Of a stretch of 44,658 nucleotides of DNA, positions 23,277 to 35,259 are shown piece by piece. The stretch is taken from positions 10,533,599 to 10,578,256 of the forward strand of contig NC_057756.1 in assembly GCF_004010195.1 (NCBI RefSeq), written 5' to 3'. Each line of letters starts with the position of its first letter. Position 1 is the first letter of the stretch. This DNA comes from Chiloscyllium plagiosum. Taxonomy: Eukaryota. The position numbers were made by a program, and so were the translations under genes. The notes below the pieces were generated by a model. That model made no database searches. It was not told where the DNA came from and saw nothing but the letters and a program-made list of their open reading frames with translations.

Positions 23277-23594
23277 GGGTGGCACAGTGGCTCAGTGTTG
23301 CCTCACAACACCAGCGACCCTGGTTCAATTCCCACCTCGGGTGGCTGTCTGTGTGGCGTTTATACATTCTCCCTGTGTCAGCATGGGTTTCCTCTGGGTG
23401 CTCCTGTTTCCTCCCACAATCCAAAGATGTGCAGGTCAGATAAATTGGCCGCACTAAATTGTCCAGAGTGTGAGGTGCGTTAGTCAGGGGTAAATATAGG
23501 GGAATGGGTCTGGGTGGGTTACTCTTTGGAGGGTCGGTGTGGACTTGTTGGGCCAAAGGGCCTGTTTCCATACTGTAGGGAATCGAATCTAAAC
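23277..23594 (+). mobile_element. HE1-type V-SINE, full length
   Basis: Head, V-domain and tail present. Confidence 0.9.
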
Positions 23595-24269
23595 TTACAG
23601 AGGGCGAGAGCCAGTGACTTGTACCAGCGCCCCATCAATATGATGCAGCTTGAGCTCATATTGGTGTTCAGAGGGGAAACCGTGTGTTTCAGCTTCTAAA
23701 CCAAACAGCCCTGGCTTCATTCCCGGCCAGGTCTTGACGTTGAAGGTCGGTGTGTTCGTAAGCCAATAGTTAACCAACATGCCGAGTCTTCCAGTACAGG
23801 CCAGTCCGGGATGGCGATGGGTGTTGGGGGTATGGGCTGGTGAAATCTAAAACTTGTGTAAGACCCAGCTGAGCTTCAGGGAATTGGATGCTAATGACAG
23901 ACTAGGGCATCCAGACTTCCAGGTTTCTGAGCGTGACTGTTTCAGGGCAGGAGCGTAACTGAAAGGCAGCCGCTATAGAACAGTTACCCATAAATCTAAT
24001 TAGGAAATCAGGGGAAAATGTGTCACTCCTAGAGGCAGAAGAAGGGGAGCATAGATGGGCTTCAGATTGGTTCCACAGGTCAGCGCAACATTGAGGACCA
24101 AGGGGCCTGTACTATACTGGGCTGGAATGTTCTGTGGTCTGTGTTCGATGGTCTATATCTGGACGGATATGGTGATAGGGCAAGATGAATGGGAGATGGT
24201 GAGGACTTCTGTGTGGGGCATGAAAATACGCATAATGTTGATAGGCTGAATGGCCTGCTTCTTTACACT

Positions 24270-25036
24270 GGGGAAATTGTCCGATAGTGCCCAGGGATGT
24301 GCAGGTTAGGGTGGATTGGCCATGGGAAATTGTCCCATAGTGTCCAGGGATGTGCAGGTTAGGGTGGATTGGCAAAGGGAAAATGTCCCATAGTGCCCAG
24401 GGATGTGCAGGTTAGGGTGGATTGGCCATGGGAAAATGTCCCATAGTGCCCAGGAATGCGCAGGTGAGGGTGGATTGGCCATGGGAAATTGTCCCATAGT
24501 GCCCAGTGATGTGCAGGTTAGGGTGGATTGGCCATGGTAAAATGTCCCATAGTGCCCAGGAATGTGCAGGTGAGGGTGGATTGACCATGGGAAATTGTCC
24601 CATAGTGTCCAGGGATGTGCAGGTTAGGGTGGATTGGCCATGGGAAATTGTCCCATAGTGCCCAGTGATGTGCAGGTTAGGGTGGATTGGCCATGGGAAA
24701 TTGTCCATAGTGCCCAGGGATGTGCAGGTTAGGGTGGNNNNNNNNNNNNNNNNNNNNNNNNNNNNNNNNNNNNNNNNNNNNNNNNNNNNNNNNNNNNNNN
24801 NNNNNNNNNNNNNNNNNNNNNNNNNNNNNNNNNNNNNNNNNNNNNNNNNNNNNNNNNNNNNNNNNNNNNNNNNNNNNNNNNNNNNNNNNNNNNNNNNNNN
24901 NNNNNNNNNNNNNNNNNNNNNNNNNNNNNNNNNNNNNNNNNNNNNNNNNNNNNNNNNNNNNNNNNCTGGGTGGGTTACTCTTCGGAGGGTCAGTGTTGGG
25001 CTGAAGGGCCTGTTTCCACACTGTAGCGATTCTGAT
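24270..25036 (+). mobile_element. HE1 53-bp array and tail, spanning gap 24738-24965
   Basis: About 9 units, then N run, then HE1 tail ending ~15 bp before the exon 2 acceptor. Confidence 0.85.
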
Positions 25037-25051
25037 GCTTTCCTCTTCCAG

Positions 25052-25279
25052 ACTTGACCTGCAATCCGATCGAGGGAAACCTGAAACAAATCGATGCCGG
25101 GAATGGGCAAGTCTTTGGAGTGAGTGCAAATGGATCGGTTTACACCAGGCATGTTGGCACCTGGGTGTTGGTTCCCGGGAACCTGGCACACGTGACAGTG
25201 GGTCCAGCTGGAGTCTGGGGCGTCGACAGTGCTCACATCGTCTACAGAAAACGGGGAGGATCCTGGGTGGTTATGGATG
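25052..25279 (+). CDS. Fish-egg lectin-like, exon 2
   Basis: TTCCAG| acceptor; LTCNPIEGNLKQIDAGNGQVFGV...HVTVGPAGVWGVD resembles the carp FEL N-terminus (LDCTVIDGNLKQIDAG); G|GTAAG donor. Confidence 0.95.
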
Positions 25280-25611
25280 GTAAGAGAGCGGAACCTTCCG
25301 AAACTCATTAAGATCCGGCCTCCCTGTTTCACGGGGAGCAGTCCTCAGCTTAGGGCCTGCTGGGCACAATTCCAAAACAATGGAGGTGCTTCTTAAGTCC
25401 GGGATGAGGACAAATGGTTTCCCTCATTGGACAGTGATTCTTTGGAGTTTTCTATCTCGGAGAGCTGTGGGAGTTCATTATTTCAGCACTTTTTAAAGCA
25501 GACGATGATACACCCTTTGACTGAAGGGGTAAATGTACATAGAAGGCATTGAAATAGTCCACTGTTGTTTACATGAGAGACAGACTCTCTGCCCCCTCCC
25601 TCAACTGTGGT

Positions 25612-25940
25612 GGAGGTGGCTCAATGGTTAGCACTGCTGCCTCACAGCACCAGGGTTCCGAGTTCGATTCCAGCCTCATGTGACTGTCTGTGTGGAGTTT
25701 GCACATTCTCCCCGTGTCTGCGTGGGTTTCCTCCGGGTGCTCCGGTTTCCTCCCACAGTCCAAAGATGTGCAGGTCAGGTGAACTGACCATGCTAAATTG
25801 CCCTGAGAGTGTTTGGTGCATTAGTCAGGGGTAAATATCGGATAGAGGAATGGGTCTGGGTGGGTTACTCTTCGGAGGGTCGGTGTTGACTTGTTGGGCC
25901 GAAGGGCCTGTTTCCATACTGTAAGGAATCTAATCTATGA
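25612..25940 (+). mobile_element. HE1-type V-SINE, full length (intron 2)
   Basis: Head, V-domain and tail present. Confidence 0.9.
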
Positions 25941-26020
25941 TCCCAATCTTCAAATCAACAAGGAGGACTGCACCCATTGGGGTTTGGAGGTGAAAATAAT
26001 TCATCTGATTTATTACTAAT

Positions 26021-26240
26021 GGTCAAGATTAGAGTGGTGCTGGAAAAGCACAACAGGTCAGGCAGCATCCGGGGAGCAGGAAAATCGACATTTCGGGCAA
26101 AAGGCCTTCAGCAGGAAGGCTTTTGCCTGAAACGTCGATTTTCCTGCTCCTCAGATGCTGTCTGACTTGCTGTGCTTTTCCAAGCACCACTCTCATCTTG
26201 AATCTAATCTCCAGCATCTGCAGTACCCACTTTCACCTAC
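26021..26240. mobile_element. Penelope family-A fold-back element at the exon 3 acceptor
   Basis: Arms ~26023-26110 and ~26115-26201; flanks TTTATTACTAA (26009-26019) and TTTATTTCTAA (26241-26251). Confidence 0.85.
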
Positions 26241-26254
26241 TTTATTTCTAACAG

Positions 26255-26594
26255 GCCTGCTCAAACAGATCGATGCTGGTGGAAATGGTATTGTGGGTGG
26301 AGTTAACATGAATGATGACATCTTCTGTGTCCATCAAGATGAAGCAAGATCTGCAATCAGTATTTCCAGCCCAAATTACAATCACATTGATGGCAAACTG
26401 AAATACTACTCCTGTGGGATGTATAGTTGTTGGGGCGTTAGTGCAAACGATGATATCTTCTTCCGGTCAAAGGTGACATCGAGTCAATGTGCTGGAACTG
26501 AATGGCTGAAGGTGGATGGCAAGCTCTCAATGATCGAGACTGGGACAGACGGGAGTGTCTATGGTGTCAACAGTAACGGCAATGTCTACCGCAG
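26255..26594 (+). CDS. Fish-egg lectin-like, exon 3
   Basis: GLLKQIDAGG...GVNMNDDIFC...GKLKYYSCGMYSCWGV...LSMIETGTDGSVYGVNS tectonin repeats; ACAG| acceptor and AG|GTAC donor in compatible phases. Confidence 0.96.
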
Positions 26595-27293
26595 GTACAC
26601 TTCTAATTCTCACACCATCAGGCATTGCTTCCCATAGCATACATAATGCACAAAACATTCCAAGACCTATGACAGGAATAATACAAACAGGAGATGTCAA
26701 CAAACCATGTGAGACAGTGTTACTGCAGGAGGACCCAGGCTTGGTAGAGGGAGCTTGAAGGAGGAGGCAATAATGGATGGATTTTGAGGAGGGCTCCCAG
26801 AGCTCACTGGACCAGGCACTGACCTTAGAGCTGTCAATGGGCTCCTGGTGAAGAGTGCTTCAGGGAGGAAAGGGATCCCGGAGGGTCAGAGGAGCTGGAC
26901 AAGGTAACAGAGACAGGGAGGAACTTATAGGAAGCAGTGTCAGAGCCTGAGGAATTTCCACACATAACTAGATTTGTCGGGGCTAGGTGAAGTTACAAAG
27001 TGGAGGAGATTAGTAAGGACTGCTGGAGGTTAGAAAGACAGCACTGTAGGGGTTAGAATAATTGTATAGATAGACAGGGGGCTAGGGGCTGAAGATATTG
27101 AGTGGGTGTAGGGGCTGGAGGGGGTTACAGAGATAGGGAGGGGTGCAACACTTTGTGGAATTCGAGAATTCTAAGTTTGAGTTGTCATTTGACTGGAAAG
27201 TGACAGAAGTTAATGAAAGCAGGGATAGGGGGAGTTGATGCATGAACGAGAGTTGGTACTCACATGAGAATGAGACAAGAGCGATTCATATGT

Positions 27294-27543
27294 GGGCGGC
27301 ATCGTGGCACAGTGGTTAGCACTGACCCCGGTTCAATTCCTGCCTCAGGTCATTATCAGTGTGGAGTTTGCACATTCTCCCCGTGTCTGCGTGGGTTTGC
27401 TCTGGTTTCCTCCCACAATCCATGCTAAATATCCCATAGTGTCAGATGAAGGGGAATGGGTCTGGGTGGGTTGTTCTTCGATGGGTCGGTGTAGACTTGT
27501 TGGGCTGAAGGGCCTGTTTCCACACTGTAAGGAATTTAATTTA
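27294..27543 (+). mobile_element. HE1-type V-SINE, internally deleted (intron 3)
   Basis: Head, partial V-domain, tail. Confidence 0.85.
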
Positions 27544-27597
27544 AAAACTTCACCAGGGTAAGGACTCGAAGGAATGCCTTGAGCTTTATAAGACCGG

Positions 27598-27675
27598 AAT
27601 GTGGTGCTGAAAAAGCTCAGCAGGTCAGGCAGCATCCGAGGAGCAGGAGAATCGACGTTTCTGGTCAAAAGCCCA
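27598..27675 (-). mobile_element. Penelope family-A pLTR fragment
   Basis: GTGGTGCTGAAAAAGCTCAGCAGGTCAGGCAGCATCCGAGG... Confidence 0.75.
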
Positions 27676-27728
27676 CGTCACAAGATTTATAATGTCACTG
27701 TTCAACTTGGATCACTTCTATTTTTCAG

Positions 27729-27870
27729 AGATGGGATCACCTCCCAGAACCCTACTGGGACAACCTGGACTCACATCAACATTGGAGGGATACTCTTCAA
27801 GCACGTGACTGTGGATCTAGAAGAAATGTGGCTGGTTACTACCCTCAACAATATCATTCATTGCCAATAG
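27729..27870 (+). CDS. Fish-egg lectin-like, exon 4 (to stop); joined CDS 771 nt = 256 aa
   Basis: TTTTTTCAG| acceptor; RDGITSQNPTGTTW...KHVTVDLEEMWLV...HCQ* resembles the FEL C-terminus; exon lengths 61+228+340+142 keep the frame. Confidence 0.94.
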
Positions 27871-28662
27871 CTTCAAGAAGCTGAAAGTGTGATCAAGAAT
27901 CAATTTTTAAAAATCAGTTCTATAATTGAGTTGGGAAATGGTGTCGCTTATTTTCTTCTGAACTCTTGCTAAGATTAGCCTGCTAGTCCAACATTCCAAG
28001 GAATTGCCTCTGGCACAAGTGTAAGTAAACCGGCCCAGGAAGAATTTCATAGACGAGCAAATCAGACTCAAGACTCAAAGGGCGTGCACCAGAACAGCAG
28101 GAGGCCATTCAGCCCCAGTGAACACTGCTATATCAGAACAGGAGTCAGCCCCAGTGAACACTGCTATATCAGAACAGGAGGAGGCCATTCAGCCCCAGAA
28201 ACCTATTGCACCTGCTTATCAGCTTCTGCAGTTGAATAACCTCCTCCTGCTCTTGTTCTGGTGAGAGTTGTCGTTTGCAAACCCCCTGCATTTCCTTTTT
28301 CTTCCCTTTTGTCAAGAATCTGTGAAATCCACAATGAAAGCTCTGGAACAGGGAATGCTCATTAGACTTGCTGGCTGTTAACTGATTGCTGAGGAGGGCA
28401 TGTTGGTCTGATGCTGCTCAAAAATAGCAAATACCAACAAAATGAGTCATGGCCTTGGGGGTTGGTATAATGTCTGATCTCCTGGTTAAAGAGTGACAGG
28501 AGAGTGCTGTCAGAATTGGAAAGGTCAAAGGGGCTGCAATGGGAATTTTGGGAAACTGAGGTGCATTAAACCCATCAATGCATTGATCTTCTAATGTTGA
28601 CATATATGTCTCCGCTGAATACTTTTTGCTGACCTGCATATTGATAGTGGTTTGATAGTTCA

Positions 28663-28668
28663 AATAAA
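28663..28668 (+). terminator. Candidate poly(A) signal of the lectin gene
   Basis: First AATAAA I found after the stop, with T/GT-rich sequence downstream. Confidence 0.5.
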
Positions 28669-28929
28669 GATTGTTTTGCAAATGAAAGCATGACAAACAG
28701 TGCCTTTCCATTAGTGTTTTTCGAGGAGCCACCCATATCTTATTATTCATCTCCAACAGGCATCAGAACACACTCCCATAAATGTGACCATGTTTAATGG
28801 TCTCTTCCTGTAAACGGTTGTTAGGACTGGATATTCTCTCGCTATTTCTAAGTGGATTTTAAATGGGATTCTCAGGCATTTCATTGAACTAGAGTGTGTG
28901 CACATTTTGATGTGTGTTCAGCCTCAACA

Positions 28930-29400
28930 TAATTGGGATACATCGGAAGGAGGTTGTGAAACTTGAAAGGGTTTAGAAAGGGTTTACAAGAATGTTGCCA
29001 GGGGGTTGGAGGGTTTGAGCTACAGGGAGGGGCTGAACAGGCTGGGGCTGTTTTCCCTGGAGCGTCGGAGGCTGAGGGGTGACCTCATAGAGGTTTACAA
29101 AATTATGAGGGGCATGGATAGGGTAAACCCCGGGCTTGGGGAGTCCAGAACTAGAGGGCATAGGTTTAGGGTAAGAGGGAAAAGATATAAAAGAGACCTT
29201 TTCAGTCGGACAGTGGTACGTGTATGGAATGAGCTGCCAGAGGAAGTGGTGGAGGCTGGATGGGGACATGGATAGGAAGGGTTTGGTGGGAATTGGGCCA
29301 GGTGCTGGCAGGTGGGACTAGATTGGGTTGGGATATCTGGTCAGCATGGACGGGTTGGGCCGAAGGGTCTGTTCCTGTGCAGTATATGACTTTATGACTC
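28930..29400 (+). mobile_element. CR1/HER1 LINE 3' fragment
   Basis: LGLFSLERRRLRGDLIEVYKIMRG...VWNELPEEVVEAG plus tail. Confidence 0.9.
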
Positions 29401-29799
29401 TTTAAGTATGTTGTGTAGCCACAGTCACAGTCACAAATATTTATTTGGCAGTACCTTCCAAGCAATCAACATGCAACACCTGACGGAACAGGACAGCAAA
29501 TCCCACTCCCCGAATCACACTCTGTTCAGAATTGGATCTATATCACTGCTTCTTTGCAATGGAACTGGGTCAACATCATGAAAAGATCTCTGTAATCACT
29601 CTGGAGAATGGCAAAGGTTCAAAGAACACACCTCATCAACTTCAATACAATGATCATTAGGCATATTCAATAAAAGTCATGATGTACAAACCTAAAGATA
29701 CAGGAAGGTGCTGTGAGCACACAGAATGTTAAGATGACACCTTACAGGAAAGATTGTTTTCAGGGCAAAAATATTACAAACCACCAGGAACTGACTCAG

Positions 29800-29835
<36 letters not shown>

Positions 29836-29863
29836 TGATAAGTCTAAGGGATGACTTGATAGC

Positions 29864-30260
29864 AGGGTGATGGTATGACTCAGTGGTTAGCACTGCTACC
29901 GCACAGCGCCAGGGACCTGGGTTTGATTCCACACTTGGGTGACTGACCATATGGTGTTTGCATATTATTCCCCATGGCTACAAAGGTTTCCTCCCTAATT
30001 CTAAAGATGTGTAGGCTGGGGGTGGATTGGACATGCGAACTTGTCCATTGTATCCAAAAGAAGTGCAGGCTGGGTGGAAAATGCAAGGATAGGGCAAGTG
30101 GCATTTTGTTGGGATGCTCTTCGGAGGGTCAATCCTGAAGAAGGGCTCATGTCTGAAACATCGACTCTCCTCCTTGGATGCTACCTGATCTGCTGTGCTT
30201 TCTCCAGGGCCACACTCTTTAACTCTGACTCTCCAACACCTGCAGTCCTCACTTTCTCCT
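29864..30260 (+). mobile_element. Degenerate HE1 SINE followed by a family-A pLTR (30131-30260)
   Basis: SINE head at 29864; CCTGAAGAAGGGCTCATGTCTGAAAC...CAGTCCTCACTTTCTCCT. Confidence 0.75.
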
Positions 30261-30516
30261 CTGTTTTGAAAAGTGAAACAAACAGCAGAATTTGGTTAGT
30301 TCAAGGTCAGGGTAAACTTCAGAATCAGGCACAGGAAGGATTAACACGTATCTCCAGGAGTGTCAGAGTGGTGTGACGTGCTTTTCTGATATGCTGTAGG
30401 TTTCCAGGGACTGGAAGAGGGATTTCTAAAAGCCAAAAACCCACCCAAATTCATTCCCATATTCTTGTGACAAACCTCAGAAGAGAGATAGAGTTCGAAT
30501 TTCAATCACAGTCTTT

Positions 30517-31016
30517 NNNNNNNNNNNNNNNNNNNNNNNNNNNNNNNNNNNNNNNNNNNNNNNNNNNNNNNNNNNNNNNNNNNNNNNNNNNNNNNNNNNN
30601 NNNNNNNNNNNNNNNNNNNNNNNNNNNNNNNNNNNNNNNNNNNNNNNNNNNNNNNNNNNNNNNNNNNNNNNNNNNNNNNNNNNNNNNNNNNNNNNNNNNN
30701 NNNNNNNNNNNNNNNNNNNNNNNNNNNNNNNNNNNNNNNNNNNNNNNNNNNNNNNNNNNNNNNNNNNNNNNNNNNNNNNNNNNNNNNNNNNNNNNNNNNN
30801 NNNNNNNNNNNNNNNNNNNNNNNNNNNNNNNNNNNNNNNNNNNNNNNNNNNNNNNNNNNNNNNNNNNNNNNNNNNNNNNNNNNNNNNNNNNNNNNNNNNN
30901 NNNNNNNNNNNNNNNNNNNNNNNNNNNNNNNNNNNNNNNNNNNNNNNNNNNNNNNNNNNNNNNNNNNNNNNNNNNNNNNNNNNNNNNNNNNNNNNNNNNN
31001 NNNNNNNNNNNNNNNN
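30517..31016. other. Assembly gap of exactly 500 N (likely a scaffolding placeholder)
   Basis: Round size, unlike the other four gaps. Confidence 0.95.
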
Positions 31017-34000
31017 CACCATTCCCTCAGTACTAACCCTCTTACAGTGCAACATTCCCTTAGCACTAACCCTCTGACAGTGCACCATTCCCTCAGTACT
31101 AACCCTCTTACAGTGCACTATTCCCTGAGTACTAACACTCTTACAGTGCATCTTTCCCTCAGTACTAACCCTCTGACAGTGCACCATTCCCTCAGTACAA
31201 ACCCTCTGACAGTGCACCATTCCCTCAGTACTAACCCTCTGACAGTACACCATTCCCTCAGTACTGACCCTCTGACAGTGACCATTCCCTCAGTACTAAC
31301 CCTCTGACAGTGCACCATTCCCTCAGTACTGACCCTCTGACAGTACACCATTCCCTCAGTACTAACCCTCTGACAGTGCACCATTCCCTCAGTACTGACC
31401 TTTGACAGTACACCATTCCCTAAGTACTAACCCTTTGACAGTACACCATTCCCTCAGTACTACCCCTCTGATAGTACACCATTCCCTCAGTACTAACCCA
31501 CTGGCAGTACACCATTTCCTCAGTTCTAACCCTCTGATAGTGCACCATTCCCTCAGTACTGACCCTCTGACAGTGCACCATTCCCTCAGTACTGACCCTC
31601 TGATAGTACACCATTCCCTCAGTACTAACCCTCTTACAGTGCACCATTCCCTCAATACTAACCCTCTGACAGTACATCATTCCCTCAGTACTGACCCTCT
31701 GACTGTGCACCATTCCCTCAATACTAACCCTCTGACAGTGCACCATTCCCTCAGTACTGACCCTCTGACAGTGCACCATTCCCTCAGTACTGACCCTCTG
31801 AGAGTGCACCATTTTCTCAGTACTGACCATCTGACAGTACTCCATTCCCTCAGTACTGACCCTCTGACAGTGCACCATTCCTTCAGTACTGACCCTCTGA
31901 CAGTGCACCATTCCCTCAGTACTGACACTCTGACAGTGCACCATTCCCTCAGTACTAACCCTCTGACAGCGCACCATTCCCTCAGTACTGACCCTCTGAC
32001 AGTGCACCATTCTCTAAGTACTAACCCTTTGACAGTACACCATTTCCTCAGTTCTAACCCTCTGATAGTGCACCATTCCCTCAGTACTGACCCTCTGACA
32101 GTGCACCATTCCCTCAGTACTAACCCTCTGACAGTAAACCATTCCCTCAGTACTGACTGTCCGGCAGTGCACCGTTCCCACGGAACTAACCCTCTGATAG
32201 TGCACTATTCCCTCAGTACTAACCCACTGGCAGTACACCATTCCCTCAGTACTAACCCTCCAAAAGTGTACTATTCCCTCAGTACTAACCCACTGGCAGT
32301 ACACCATTCCCTCAGTACTAACCCTCCAACAGTGTACCATTCCCTCAGTACTAACCCTCCAACAGTGTACTATTCCCTCAGTAATAACCCTCTGACAGTG
32401 CACCATTCCCTCAGTACTGACCCTCTGACAGTGCACCATTCCCTCAGTACAAACTCTCCGGCAGTGCACCATTCCCTCAGTACTAACCCTCTTACATTGC
32501 ATCTTTCCCTCAGTACTGACCCTCTGACAGTGCACCAGTCCCTCAGTATTAACCCTCTGACAGAACATCATTCCCTCAGTACTGACCCTCTAACAGTGCA
32601 CCATTCCCTCAGTACTTACCCTCTGACAGTGCACCATTTTCTCAGTACTAACCCTCTGACAGTGCAGCACTCCCTCAGTACTGACCCTCTGACAGTGCAC
32701 CATTCCCTCAGTACTAACCCTCTGACAGTGCACCATCCCCTTAGTACTACCCTCTGACAGTGCACCATTCCCTCAGTACTAACCCTCTGACAGTGCACCA
32801 TTCCCTCAGTATTAACTCTCTGACAGTGCACCATTTCCTCAGTACTAACCCTCTGATGGTGCACCATTCCCTCAGTACTAACCCTCTGACACTTCACCAT
32901 TCCCTCAGTACTAACCCTCTGACAGTACACCATTCGCTCAGTACTAATCCTCTGATAGTGCACCATTCCCTCAATACTAACCCTCTGACAGTGCACCATT
33001 CCCTCAGTACTGACCCTCTGACAGTACACCATTCCCTCAGTACTGACCCTCTAACAGTGCACCATTCCCTCAGTACTGACCCTCTTACAGTGCACCATTC
33101 CCTCAGTACTAACCCTCTGACAGTACACCATTCCCTCAGTACTAACCCTCTCACAATACACCATTCCCTCAGTACTGACCCTCTGACAGTGCACTATTCT
33201 CTCAGTAATAACCCTCTTACAGTGCACCATTCCCTCAGTACTGACCCTCTGACAGTAAACCATTCCCGCAGTACTGACCCTCTGAGAGTGCACCATTTTC
33301 TCAGTACTGACCCTCTGACAGTGCACCATTCCGTCAGTACTGACCCTCTGACAGTGCACCATTTCCTCAGTACTAACCCTCTGACAGTACTCCATTCCCT
33401 CAGTACTGACCCTCTGAGAGTGCACCATTTTCTCAGTACTGACCATCTGACAGTGCACCATTCTCTCAGTACTGACCCTCTGACAGTGTACCATTCCGTC
33501 AGTACTGACCCTCTGACAGTGCACCATTCTCTCAGTACTGACCCTCTGACAGTGTACCATTCCCTCAGTACTAACCCTCTGACAGTGCACCATTCCCTCA
33601 GTACTAACCCTCTGACAATGCACCATTCCCTCAGTACTGTCCCTCTGACAGTGCACCATTTTCTCAGTACTGACCCTCTGACAGTGCACCATTCCCTCAG
33701 TACTGACCCTCTGAGAGTGCACCATTTTCTCAGTACTGACCATCTGACAGTGCACCATTCCCTCAGTACTGACCCTCTGGCAGTACACCATTCCCTCAGT
33801 ACTAACTCTCTGACAGTGCACCATTTTCTCAGTACTAACCCTCTGACAGTGCACCATTCCCTCAGTACTGATCCTCTGACAGTGCACCATTTTCTCAGTA
33901 CTGACCATCTGACAGTGCACCATTCCCTCAGTACTGACCCTCTGACAGTGCACCATTCCCTCAGTACTAACCCTCTGATAGTACACCATTCCCTCAGTAC

Positions 34001-34432
34001 TAACCCTCTTACAGTGCACCATTCCCTCAGTACTGACCCTCTGACAGTGCACCATTCCGTCAGTACTGACCCTCTGACAGTGCACCATTCCCTCAGTACT
34101 GACCCTCTGACAGTACACCATTCCCTCAGTACTAACCCTCTGACAGTGCACCATTCCCTCAGTACTGACCTTTGACAGTGCACCATTCCCTCAGTACTAC
34201 CCCTCTGATAGTACACCATTCCCTCAGTACTGACCCTCTGACAGTGCACCATTCCCTCAGTACTGACCTTTGACAGTGCACCATTCCCTCAGTACTGACC
34301 CTCTGACAGTACACCATTCCCTCAGTACTGACCCTCTGACAGTGCACCATTCCCTCAGTACTAACCCTCTGACAGTGCACCATTCCCTCAGTACTGTCCC
34401 TCTGACAGTGCACCACTTCCTCAGTCCTGACC
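31017..34432. repeat. 33-bp minisatellite, ~100 copies (CCCTCTGACAGTGCACCATTCCCTCAGTACTRA)
   Basis: Directly visible tandem array; the 11-codon period explains the long repetitive ORFs. Confidence 0.98.
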
Positions 34433-34709
34433 CTGTGTATTATGGGCTGTTTTCTCTGCATTCTGTCTTTGATGTGCTGATTCCGAGTGCTTGAGCAATG
34501 GTGATAGGTGCTGACAGCTCTTAGCCTTTGATGATGTGTGACATATTGGAGCAGGTGCCTGGCATGTGTGAATCTGGTTTTGGAGCGATCCTTCGAAAGC
34601 TGCACCTGCTTCTGACCTCTCCAATTTCGTCACTGTTTTAGTCGAGAGTGCCCATGGTAAACCATTCAGACAGCTGGGAACATAAGCTATGCTTGCTTGT
34701 TGTGTGTTT

Positions 34710-35010
34710 TCTCTCTCTCTCTCTCTCTCTCACTCCCTTTCTCTCTCTCTTTCTATCTCTAAATGTATTTATCTCCCTCTATCTCTTTTTTTGGCTTGCT
34801 ATTTCCTATTGTCTCTGTGTGTCTTGTTTATCTCCCATTTTCCTTGTATCATGCTCCCACTTACCTCTGCCTTTCACTCTGACTCTCCCTCTCTGACTCC
34901 ATCGCTCAACGTGTCTTTCTCTCTGTATCTGTCTCTCACTCTTCTTTTTCTCTCTCTCTTTCTCCCAGTCTGTCTCTTTCTCTGTGTCTGCATACTTTTG
35001 TCAGTCTCCC
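34710..35010. repeat. CT-rich low-complexity tract
   Basis: (CT)n and degenerate variants. Confidence 0.85.
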
Positions 35011-35259
35011 ATCCTTTACAGAGGGATACCGACAGGTTTAGTGAGCAAAAATGTGACAGATGGAATAGATTGTTGGGAAATGTGAGGTGATGCACTTTGG
35101 TAGAAAGGATAGAGGAGTTGAATATTATTTAAGTGCACTGTACTGTTCAAACTGTACAAGGCCACAGGTCAGAGCACAGTTGAAATACTGTGAACAGTTT
35201 TGGGTCCCTTATCAAAGGAAAGATAAACTAACAGTCCAGAGGAGGTTCACTGGGTATGG

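Noticed and set aside
24270..24737. GGGAAATTGTCCC as clustered NF-kB sites in lectin intron 1
   Set aside because: Does not fit GGGRNNYYCC spacing and is a generic HE1 repeat unit.
31047..34605. Long ORFs up to 471 aa (TVHHSLSTDPL / MVHCQRVSTEG repeats)
   Set aside because: Product of a 33-bp unit that is open in several frames on both strands; no unique coding flanks or splice context.
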